Shown: positions 12,727 through 23,900 of the stretch, piece after piece | Layout: the number at the start of each line of letters is the position of its first letter | Position numbering within the stretch: the stretch's first letter is position 1 | Assembly: GCA_903813345.2 (NCBI GenBank) | Contig: CAIIXF020000001.1 | Span: 38,874,001 to 38,938,000 of the forward strand | Direction of reading: 5' to 3' | Length of the DNA stretch: 64,000 nt | DNA from: Owenia fusiformis | Lineage: Eukaryota | Position numbers and translations under genes: made by a program | Notes under the pieces: generated by a model | What the model was told of the DNA's origin: nothing | Database searches by the model: none | What the model saw: only the letters and a program-made list of their open reading frames with translations

Positions 12727-13568
12727 AGTTCTTGATCAGCCCAAAACTAGAGATCAACATTCAATATGACATTTTAAAGTGTTAATTTATAGAGTATTTC
12801 CTATTTGCAGATTTATATTTTCAATATTATATAATACTAGGAAAATTGAAACAGCATAATTGATATTTTCCCTCTTAAACCAAATACTGTATTCCATTGT
12901 GTGATCAACAGCAAGTATTATCCTTTGGAATACCAAAGCGTTTGATAAAGTGAGACTCTGATAAATCAGAATGCATGTATTCATTGTATGATATATATTG
13001 TTCTGTGTCTGTAGTAATGTATTAGAACTGTTACAGTTTGCATTTATTAAGGATCTGAGATATTCGATAAGTGTACCTGTGTACACCATACTTACTACAT
13101 GTACTTGATATTGGCCTATTCTCTCTGTAGGCCTAAAATGAATTTTTGATTGATTTCAAGAAACTGTTGTAATAATACCAGTGGCAAAATTATTCAAATT
13201 ACTAAATTCGAGATGTATGACATTCATTTCGAGGCAGGTAATATGAGCGAATGGTGTAACTGTTTCAGTTATTGTCATTCTCGCACATGGTTCCCATATG
13301 CTTATTTATGTTACATTCCATTTGTTTTAGAATTTGTTTTTGTGCCAGAATATGAGCATTCTTTGAGATTATTATATATTTTGTACATTTTTCTGACAAT
13401 ACATTACTTTATTATTGGAACATGACTTGTTATTCTACATTTAAAGTATTGAATTGTTTTAATACTAGGATGTAACAGAAGTTGACTTAAATATGATATT
13501 TTTATGAAATCATAATTTTGACTGATATTTTACTCTCATTTAATATGTAGTTGTTTGCTTTAAAGATT

Positions 13569-14190
13569 TGTACACAATAAGCCTACATATTAAGTGTCCA
13601 TTAGGTAGGTGTTTGTTGAGAATTGTACACAGTAAGCCCACATAATTGTCCATTAGGTAGGTGTTTGCTAAGTATTGTACACAGTAAGCCCACATAAGTG
13701 TCCATTAGGTAGGTGTTTGCTAAGTATTGTACACAGTAAGCCCACATAAGTATTCATTAGGTAGGTGTTTGCTAAGTATTGTACACAGTTAAGCCCACAT
13801 AAGTGTCCATTAGGTAGGTGTTTGCTAAGTATTGTACACAGTAAGCCCACATAAGTATTCATTAGGTAGGTGTTTGCTAAGTATTGTACACAGTTAAGCC
13901 CACATAAGTGTCCATTAGGTAGGTGTTTGCTAAGTATTGTACACAGTAAGCCCACATAAGTATTCATTAGGTAGGTGTTTGCTAAGTATTGTACACAGTT
14001 AAGCCCACATTAGTATCCATTAGGTAGGTGTTTGCTAAGTATTGTACACAGTAAGCCCACATAAGTATTCATTAGGTAGGTGTTTGCTAAGTATTGTACA
14101 CAGTAAGCCCACATAAGTATTGATTGGGTAGGTGTTTGCTAAGAATTGTACACAGTAAACCCAAATAACTTTTCATTAGGTAGGTGTGAG
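13569..14190. repeat. Minisatellite, 52/53-bp unit, ~12 copies
   Basis: Unit cattaggtaggtgtttgctaagtattgtacacagt(t)aagcccacataagt(g/a)t(c/t) repeated head to tail with no unique spacers. Confidence 0.95.
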
Positions 14191-14492
14191 CCTGAAAGAG
14201 CTGTGTGCAGTAAACACACATATGTTTTCATTTGATAGATAAAAAGTTCCATGCAGTATGCAGCAGTACATCATATTTTTCACTGTATTTCTAGCATAAT
14301 CTTCAAATTTATCTGATGTTTAAAAAGTGTGCAAGGAAAAAATTGATGTTACTAGAAAGGTGACTGAGTAGTAAGAAATTATTTCAATAAACACTACTAA
14401 TAAACATTACCCATTGGTTCCTTATAATTTGAAATGAATTTTGAAACTTGTATGTATTCAATTTTCCTTTTCATTAGCTCATTATTCATATA

Positions 14493-14668
14493 CAGTAAAA
14501 CATGTCTTAGTGAACACCTCTCTCTAGTGAACACCTGTCCCTAGTGGGCACCCTCCTCCGCATATACACCGTTGACTTTTGTATAAATTACCCTCTCTGT
14601 AGTGAACATCTACCTACAGTGAACATTTTTTCTTGGCAAAAAAATGTTCACAATACACATATTTACTG
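14493..14668. mobile_element. pogo/Tigger-like MITE
   Basis: TA|CAGTAAAACATGT ... ACATATTTACTG|TA with internal agtgaaca repeats. Confidence 0.6.
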
Positions 14669-14824
14669 TATTGTATTTAGATTGGGTCACCATGCCAAAT
14701 ATTCCATTCTTTTAAGGTGAAGGCATGTTCATTTTTCCCTCAGTATATTATATTCTCACAGCCAGAAACATTCCAATGATACTATGAATTATGTATAACT
14801 AGTTGTATTTGTATGAACATTTAA

Positions 14825-16077
14825 CCTCTTGAATCCCAGTCTCTAAAATTGGTTGAAACCAGAGAATTTTTCATTTTTGCCACCTTTTGATATTTAACTA
14901 CATTCCTATACAACTTTAGATGCTCAACTTAGTAAAATCAAACGGTGGAGATCATTTCTACAAATTCTAAAACAAGTTTTGTTTAAATTGGATGAAAATT
15001 GTTCAAATAAGAGCAATTTTAGTGAAAAATTTTGTGACGGATTTTCTCATCACCCTGGGTTTCAAGGTCATTTCTGAGGTGATGAGATATCTCGTCACTC
15101 CAGGTAGTCAAGAGGTTTTTTTTTTTTTTTATTTTTTTTTTTATTTATTTTTTTTTTTATTATTTCCTTATGCAAGATACAAGTATACAAATAACATAAT
15201 ACAATACTAGCAACAGCAACAGGTTGTGTAACACTTACATTTTTCTAATCAATATTTCAAAGTTAAATAAAAACTCCAAATTTGGATGGTTTCCCTTTTT
15301 GTATTTGCTTATAACATTATGTGCCACTGATATAACTACATTAATTTTTTGATCCTTTGTCCCTATCAATTTTTCTGTTGGACTCAGATCAATATTTTTG
15401 TTAAATTTATCTTGACAATATTTTTTCACTAATTCCCACACCTGTTTAATATGTGGACACTCAACAAAGAAATGCTTGTATGTGTCTCTTAATTTACATT
15501 TTTCACATTCATTATCATCTTTCTTTTTCATCTTATACAGTAGTTCATTTGTTGGGTATATTTTATAAATTATCTTATAATAAAGGGACCTAAGTCTTGG
15601 TTCCTTCAGACATTGAACTGTTCTAAATATCAATTTCATATCTATGTCACCCTCTTCCCTCCATTTTTCAGGAATATTAGGTAGTTCTGTTTGATTTTTT
15701 ATTATTATATTTTTATAGTCTTTTAATTTTGCTGTTGCTATAACAATATTATTATACATATTTTCATTGCTTTTGTGAACAATGGTTTTATTATACAATA
15801 AAGATTTTAACAAATTATATTGCATTCTTAACTCTGGTCTAGGGCCTATGATATTTAAAATTTCCTCAAACTCCTTTATTTTATCATTTTCATCAATAAT
15901 CTGTCTAAGTTTCTTTATACCCCTTTTAACCCATTCTTCAAAATATATAACCTTTCTACCATATCTCAAACTGTGGTTATTCCATAATATATCATCATTG
16001 TTTAATTCATTATGTAAATCTTTATTGTCTAACCATTGTTTAACAAGTTCAACATAAAATGATAGGTAGTCAAGAGG
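14825..16077. mobile_element. TTAA-flanked (piggyBac-like) MITE whose right end is split by an L1/Tx1 insertion
   Basis: TTAA|CCTCTTGA at 14821-14832 and TCAAGAGG|TTAA at 16070-16081. Confidence 0.55.
15118..16063 (-). mobile_element. 5'-truncated L1/Tx1-group LINE, 3' fragment with poly(A) tail
   Basis: ORF 15235-15969 with EPRLRSLYYKIIYKIYPTNELL..CEKC..DTYKHFFVEC, the C-terminal zinc-binding region of L1/Tx1 ORF2. The T-rich tract at ~15116-15160 is the poly(A). 16-bp TSD aggtagtcaagaggtt at 15102-15117 and 16064-16079. Confidence 0.88.
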
Positions 16078-16724
16078 TTAATCTATTTCAGTCAATGAAT
16101 TGATAGCCATCACTTTTCTAGTTATGGATGCTTGCAACATTCCACATGTTAAACCTGAGAAAAGACATTCCTTGTATTGATTTGAATATATGTGTGTGTT
16201 AGTTTCAAATTCAATCATGTGTCATTTTGTAAGCCATTGCTAAATGGTATAAATGGAAATCTCTTGAGATATAAAGAAATCATTTAAATAATTGTACATG
16301 TAATACTCTGTCTGTTTCTTAGATTTTTGTGTATAGAAATGTGTGTTACTGTTAGGCGTTATGCTTCGTCTATGCTTTGATATTATTATATGATATATAC
16401 ATGTACACACATATTATGTGGACATTTGTTGTTTGTATTGCATGCTATTTAAATATTGCTTATTTATTATACACATAAATTATACTTTTTTAGAAATATA
16501 AAAAGTGTTTTCTGTTAAGTTTATATGAAACTGAAAATGAAGTCCATATAACAAATATAAAAGGGAATTTCAAGTGGTTATTATGTCACCACCAAAATTG
16601 TTATGGTCTCCGTTTTTTTGTGGAGGCAGTTAGTGCTTGGTGATCGGCGTTTGGCGTCTGTAACAAATTCTTACAACTTCCAATAATTTGACAAATACTG
16701 TTTAGACTGACTCAAAATCATCTA

Positions 16725-18740
16725 CAGGGTGGGCCAATAAAAATTGGAACATTTTTCTTTTTATTCAGTTGTCTTTATTTTTGCAGTTCAATCCATGAAA
16801 ATTCAGATTAAGGTAAAATGATTATTTGTGAAAATGTTAAAGATAAAAATATGTATGTATGATTATTTTTGGCTTGTCATGGTCATGATCTGTATTCTGC
16901 GTGTCATGAAAAATTTCCAAATTTTCTCTTCTTAAGACATCACTGCTGAAAAGACAATATGCTCCCTTCAGATGGTCTCAACACAATTTCCATCAATTAA
17001 AACATATGTAGTTATCTCTAGGGGAAGCAAGACATGTCTCCCTTGGATAATATAGCTTAACTGACCTCAGCTTTTTTATCGTACCTAATAAAGGTACGAT
17101 ATTGTCGTCAGCTTGACAAACGGGCGGTGGGCAGGTGGGCGGCGTCTCACTTTTCAGCTTGTGTACAGGTTTCCAGCCAAACCATTTGACAGATTCATCT
17201 GAAATTTTCAGGAATGTTTCTACGTATCAAATTTAAGAACTGATTAGTGTTTGGGCATTCTGGGTAAATTTTAAGGTGGCCATTTTGGATTTTCCGTCCT
17301 AAAATCTTCACTTTCAAGACTTGTCTACAGGTTTCCAGCCAAACCATTTGACGGATTCATCTGAAATTTTCAGGGATATTTCTACTTATCAAAGTTAAGA
17401 ACTGATTAGTTTTTGGGCATTCTGGGTAAATTTTTTAAGGTGGCCATTTTGGATTTTCCGTCCTAAAATCTTCACTTTCAAGACTTGTCTACAGGTTTCC
17501 AGCCAAACCATTTGACGGATTCATCTGAAATTTTCAGGGATGTTTCTACGTATCAAAGTTAAGAACTGATTAGTTTTTTGGCATTCTGGGTAAAATTTAA
17601 GGTGGCCATTTGGATTTTCCATCCTAAAATCTTCACTTTCAAGACTTGTCTACAGGTTTCCAGCCAAACCATTTGACGGATTCATTTGAAATTTACAGGG
17701 ATGTTTCTAGTTCTACATATCAAAGTTAACAACTGATTAGTTTTTGGGCATTCTGGGTTAATTTTAAGATGGCCATTTTGGATTTTCCGTCCTAAAATCT
17801 TCACTTTCTAGACTTGTCTACAGGTTTCCAGCCAAACCATTTGATGGATTCATCTGAAATTTTCAGGGATGTTTCTACGTATCAAAGTTAAGAACTGATT
17901 AGTTTTTGGGCATTCTGGGTAAATTTTAAGGTGGCCATTTTGGATTTTCCGTCCTAAATTCTTCACTGTCACACTGTGTTTTAGGTACAATATTGTTCAC
18001 GTCTGTGCCTTGTTCAAAATTGGCACAATATGTCTCAGAACCTGTGATCTATGCCATGTATGACTGTCAAATACAGCTACGACTGATTGTTCAGGTGGGC
18101 AAAGGACATGTTCAGGAAACCCTTGCGTTGAGTAAAAGAAATTGGAACATTTTTCCATCAATTGTAACTTTTTTGTTAGTCATGTATTATCTTCAGTACT
18201 TTAAGAAATTGAGAAACAATTCATTGTCAACAGCTTGTACAAATATGAATATACAAGCTCAACATTTAATTACTGAACATGTCCTCCATCCACCTGAACA
18301 ATTAGTCTGAGCTGTATTTGATAGTCACGCATGGCTTAAATGATAGGTTTTAGACATATTGTGCCAGTTTTGAAAAAAGCTGAGGTCAGTTAAGCTATAT
18401 TATCCAAGGGAGACATTTCTAGCTTCTCCTAGAGATAACCACATATGTTTTAATTGATGGAAATTGTGTTGAGACCATTTGAAGGGCATATATTGTATGA
18501 GATACTGTATTTTGAGCAATGATGTCTCAGCCAGAGAAAAATTTGGAAATTTTTCATGACGCACACAGTATACAGATCGTGACCATGACAAGCCAAAAAT
18601 AATCATACACACATATTTGTTTCTTTAACATTTTCACAAATAATTATTTTACCATTGTCTGAATTTTTGTGAACTGAACTGCTATAATAAAGAAAATTGA
18701 ATAAAAAGAAAAATGTTCCAATTTTTATTGGCCCACCCTG
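16725..18740. mobile_element. Tc1-like fold-back non-autonomous element
   Basis: TA|CAGGGTGGGCCAATAAAAATTGGAACATTTTTC ... GAAAAATGTTCCAATTTTTATTGGCCCACCCTG|TA. The arms match over ~450 bp once the inner insertion is removed. An inner copy of aaattggaacattttt at ~18139 gives an IR/DR-like layout. Confidence 0.9.
17077..18012 (+). mobile_element. Helentron/DINE-like element with five ~163-bp tandem repeats
   Basis: 5' hairpin atcgtacct-aataa-aggtacgat, then a (GGGC)-type microsatellite and five units of acaggtttccagccaaaccatttga..., then 3' aggtacaat...gccttgtt. Inserted in a T-run of the host left arm. Confidence 0.75.
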
Positions 18741-20051
18741 TACTTGTTTTCAGAAATTCAAATCTTATATATTTAAGCTTTACCATCAATGAACTTTTTA
18801 AGGTCATAAAGGTCTTTTTTCAACTTGCTTCAAATTGACCTAATTTTTTTTCAAAATCATCTACAAGTTATCAAAAGTTCAAATCTGACTTTAGATTTGA
18901 GTTGACCTTCCATGACCTTCTCAAGGTCAAAAAGGTCTTTTTTCAACTTGCTTCAAATTGACAAATTTCTTTTTTAAAAATCATCTAAGTTCTAACTTCA
19001 ACTCTGACTATAGATTTGACCTTTAATGACATTCTCATTGTCAAAAAAGACTTGACCTTCAATGACCTCAAGGCCAAAAAGGTCTTTTTTCAGCTTGCTT
19101 CAAATTTTTTTCAAAATCATCTGCAAGTTCTCAGAAGTTCAAAACAGACTTTAGATTTGAGATTACACCTTCAATGACCTTCTCGGGGTCAAAAAAGGTC
19201 TTTTTCAAATTGACCCAATTTTTTTTCAAAATCATCTACGAGTTATAATATTGTGAGCAACCAGGTGGTGATTTTTGTCATGTTAATGCCTTGTTCCTTC
19301 ATGTCACATAACAGATGGATGAACGTGATGATGGACAACTCTTGCGTAGAATTACTAAGAAGTATTGCCCATAGTCTCTTTGAAAGATTCATAGAATGTT
19401 GCCCAGTTAGACAATTCACTTCAAATTGAAGACTAAATATGCCTTTAAACAGGTGAGTGGAACTTGGAGACCTAATACATATGGTCAATGACCAAAAAGT
19501 TGAGATGAGTTCATTTTATTAAGTATACACTTAATTGACCATGCAAAATTTTCAAACTCGGTGCATTAATGCGAGGTATACTCATAGATCAGATTTGTAA
19601 TGTTAAAAAGATTCATACTAGAAAAAATCTGCATGTTTGGTTTTCCATTGTTTTAAGAATATGTACTTATTTTATATCAACTTCTAGGTCAGGTTGATTC
19701 CCATAGAGCCCATGTTGAGATTACAAAAAGTAAAATATCTTCTTGACAGATATTTTATTTCACTAGATATATTTTCAGTAGTATAATTACTGAACACAAG
19801 GTTATATGAAAATTGATCCACTTAATCTGAGCATTTTTTTCTGCCATGGTCTACCAAAAAGTTGTGACATTTGTTTTTTCTGCTTTTCTTGTTCTTTTCT
19901 ATATCCATTCCATATCAGGGGTGGACACATGCACAGTATTTTCGTCATGTACACAGGAAATACATTACAGAAACCATCTGAATGGCACCCACAATTCTAC
20001 CTCATTTTGCACTTATTCAAAAACAAAAATAAATCGTATTTTCAATAATAA

Positions 20052-20057
20052 TTTATT
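20052..20057 (-). promoter_or_regulatory. Candidate polyadenylation signal of the DIDO/PPS-like gene
   Basis: AATAAA on the - strand ~870 nt past the stop, followed by a U/GU-rich element (reverse complement of aaaacaaaaataaa, ~20019-20033). Confidence 0.45.
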
Positions 20058-20304
20058 GATAAAAATAACATACTTCAATTTAGAGTAAAAGTAAAGCAAA
20101 TTCTCAGGTACAGAAACATTGAAGAATGTGGCAATACTTGACAAGTATATCATTTATACATACACAGAATCTTTGGATCGTACAATGCGCTCTAGAAATG
20201 TAAACTATGCAAGGGTTGTAAACTTTACTCTAGGATTGTACACTCGTCTCTATAAAAAGCAATCTTCAAGTACCATTACAATGAAGAAGAGATCAAAACA
20301 GCAG

Positions 20305-20560
20305 CTCAACATCTGCAGCTGTAACAGTTATGATAGCTAAGTTTAACATCTACAGCTGTAACACATCCAGCACCTTAGTTTAACATCTACAGCTGTAACA
20401 GTTACAGCAACTCAGTTTAATATCTACAGCTATAACAGTTACAGCAGCTCAGTTTAACATCTACAGCTGTAACCATGATTACAGCAGCTCAGTTTAACAT
20501 CTACAGCTGTAACCATGATTACAGCAGCTCAGTTTAACATCTACAGCTGTAATAGTTACA
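20305..20560. repeat. Minisatellite, ~34-37-bp unit, ~7 copies, in the putative 3' UTR
   Basis: tttaacatctacagctgtaac(a/catg)(g/a)ttacagcagctcag units. Confidence 0.9.
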
Positions 20561-20924
20561 TAAATCAAGGAACATTCAGACCATTAACAACACAATTGCC
20601 TGTACTGAAAATCATGTTTCGTGGAGTCATCAAAAAGATTGCACTGCCTTTTGACAAACACAGAAAACTTAACTAAAATCCCTTATTACGGATAAACCAG
20701 AAAATGTACATACACACATTAATACAACCTCTCTGTACAAATATATAATAAGCATTTCATGACTGTATGTTATTGTTGTAACTATGGAACAATGCATGAT
20801 ACATGCAATCATTTGCAATAAAACAATGCACCTATAGTTGATTTGCACATTCCGCAACAAGCCCTAGTTTTTACTGCAGTCTCTATCAATATCTATTTCA
20901 AGTATTAAACAAATAAATGGAGTG

Positions 20925-23900
20925 TCATCTGAACATGTGTGGAGGTCCCCCCATGTGAGGCCTCATCCCCCTTTGTGGACCAATCCCCCTGGGAGGACCC
21001 GGAGGCCTAAATCCTGGTCCTCCTTGTTGTGGAGGACATGGACCCATATTTGCTTGTGGGCCCCTGAACTCTTGCCCCATTTGTTGCTGTTGCCCAATGG
21101 GATGTCCCATTCTCTGTTGTTGGTTATGATGTCCTCTCAACATAGGCTGTTGCCCTGGTCCTCTCATATGACCCTGAGGGTTGTTCATATGTTGAGGCCC
21201 CCCTGGTCCCATGTGAGCCTGATCACCCTGCGGCCCCATAAACCTAGGCTGACCTCTCGTATCAGCATCTCCCATACCACCTCTCAAATCTGTGTCCCTC
21301 TGTCTATAATCAGCATCTGCATCATGACCTTGAAGTACTGCCATATATGGATCTTCATCTTGGAATCTAGTTTGTAGCCGCGTGCCCCCATGGTGGTGAG
21401 GCTCTCCATGTTGTTGAGGCCCTCCATGTTGATGGGGCCCTCCATGTTGATTGGGCCCTCCATGTTGATGGGGCCCTCCATGTTGATGGGGCCCACCATG
21501 TTGATGGGGCCCACTATGTTGTTGAGGCCCTCCATGTTGATTGGGCCCTCCATGTTGATGGGGCCCTCCATGTTGTTGAGGTCCTCCATGCTGATGAGGC
21601 CCTCCATGTTGTTGAGGCCCTCCATGGTTTTGAGGTCCTCCATAATATTGCTGATCTCCATTATGTTGAGACATTAAGTGATGTTGAGGCTCCTCATAAT
21701 GTTGAGGTCCTCCATGCTGAGACCCTTCATGAAATGGAGGCCTTATATGTTGTTGAGGCTTTTCATATTGCTGAAACTCTCCATGAAAACTATTTTCTTC
21801 TTGCTGTTGTAATCTCTCATGCTGTGGAGGCCCTCCATGTCTTGGCCCTGTATGCCGAGGGCCTGTGTGGCGGATTGGGCCTCTAGGACCTGGAGGTATG
21901 TGTTCCCCAGGTGGAGCTTGAGAGAATTGACCACCAGGGGGGTCAACAATGTCATACTGTTGAGCCTTGGGACCACCACCTTGAGAGGGATTCTGGAGTA
22001 ATGGGGCTTTTTGGTTATTCACAGGTGGTCCTTGCAATAAAGGTAGTTTTAGTTTATTTCCATGTTTTACATTCATTGATGAATTTGAATGTTTAGTTAT
22101 ATTGTTAGAGGTTGGAGTTGGTAACAAAGTCTTTGTACGAGTACTGGGATTTGTTCCAACATCAGGATTTTGCAAACTTGGTGGTAGTCTTAAAAGGTTA
22201 TGTTTTTTACTTTCCTCCATATTTTTCTCTTTGTGTATTAAACTGGCAGGTTTTTCAACGACTATGTCTAGTAAAGACGGGGGCCCTCTTTGAGGACTGA
22301 GGATTCCAGCTTGAGAGGATGGTTGAAGATTCTGGGCCATTGAAACATTAACATCCATCCTAGGTGTACGCATTGGCACAGAGTCTTTAGATGCTGGCAC
22401 TGTTTTAGTGGCATTCTCTCTAGATCGCGTTTCAGATGATTTTGGTGACCTTTGACCTCTTTCCGAAGATCTGGGTGACCTTTTCCCTTTAGAGTCCCTC
22501 TCAGATGACCTTGATGAGTTTCTATTATGACTTCTATTAAAGTCTGTATTTTCACTTTTGATAGAATCTGGCTTTGAGTTGTCATGCCTTTCATTTCTTG
22601 CTCTATCAAACCTATCTTCCCTTTTGGAATCTGACTTTCTGCTTCTTGAATCTGATCTTTGATATATTCTCGTATCCATTCTTTGGTCTCTCCTCGAGTC
22701 TGATCTCTGTGTTCTATTGGTATCCGATCTTTCTCCACGTCTAGCATCTGACCTTAACCCTCGACAAGCATCTGTGTTTTGTCTCTCTCTAGGGATCTCT
22801 ACAGGAATCGAATTTGAGAATCCTTTTGGTCCTGCCATTGGTATGTTTAATTTCTTCAACCCTGCTGGCATAGGTTGGCCATGTAGGGCATTTGCTGCCT
22901 CATTTATATTGTCAAGTAAATCAGGTATCTGCTCTAGGAGATCAGGAGGAATGATTCCATCTTTAATCATATCTGGACTGAGATTTGGGAGATTAGTGCC
23001 TCCAATCTGATTCACTACTTGTATGAGTTGTGTTAAGCTCTGAATTGTTTCATCATCATTTCCTGTTTCAACAATATTCTTAAACCTTGAATCCTTTTGT
23101 AGAGGGGATTTTGATAAACGTGACTGAGAATCACTTTTATGTCTTGACCGTTCTTTGTCAGATGATCTCCCAGGGGATATCTCAATCAATGGAATGTGTC
23201 CTTGGGCTTGTTCATCTTCAGATGATTCACTTGATGTTTCAATCTCTCCCTCTTCCAGTTCACCTTCTTCAATATCTTTCTCAACCTCAAGTTCAGTGTC
23301 ATCTTTAGACCTTTTCCTCTTTTTTCTGGACCGCTTGCTTTTATGTTTGCGTTTTTTGTGACGTTTTCTATCCCTTGAGCTGTCTTCTAATTCACCATTA
23401 TCTGGAGTTTTATCCTTACGTCTGTGTTTCCTCCGAGGACTATCACCTCTATCTTTGTGTCTTCTTTTATGCTTTGATACACTCTCCTCCACTTCAATAC
23501 TTTCTTTCTCATTCTGGACATCAATTGTATCCACATCTTCTTCAACTTCATCTCTGTCATCAATTTCATCTTCACCTATGAGAGTTACTTTAAAGTCTTG
23601 ATTCTCAACATTAAGGACAACTTGCTTGTTACTGTTACCTGATTTTACTTCAGGTTGAGACGGTTTGTTTAGAGTTCCAGAACTGTGTGCTGGCTTTGGA
23701 AATTTTTGGTTGCTGTTCTTATACACCCTGTTTTTGTATCCACCAGGTAACCCACCAACATCATCTTCTCCTTCCAAAGCCTCCTCTTGCTTAGAATCTT
23801 GGTCTAAAGCTTCTTCAAGGAGTTCATCAACATCAATGTTATCAGTGCTTGTGTCATTTAGTCCTGGTATCTGGTCACTAGATTTTGGATCAGTTTGTTG

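Larger units (their letters stand above)
16580..19294 (+). mobile_element. Helentron-like element with ~110-bp tandem array (outer element of a nest)
   Basis: 5' atgtcaccacc (16583) is the reverse complement of the family's 3' ggtggtgacat motif, present here in degenerate form at ~19264 and followed by gtcatgttaatgccttgtt. The array resumes at 18741 after a TA insertion in aaaatcatcTA. Confidence 0.65.

Noticed and set aside
13668..13967. 99-aa repetitive ORF
   Set aside because: Translation of the 105-bp minisatellite dimer.
13569..14190. CRISPR-like appearance of regular repeats (also 17160-17965, 20305-20560, 33552-33702)
   Set aside because: Units are contiguous with no unique spacers, there are no cas genes, and the context is eukaryotic.
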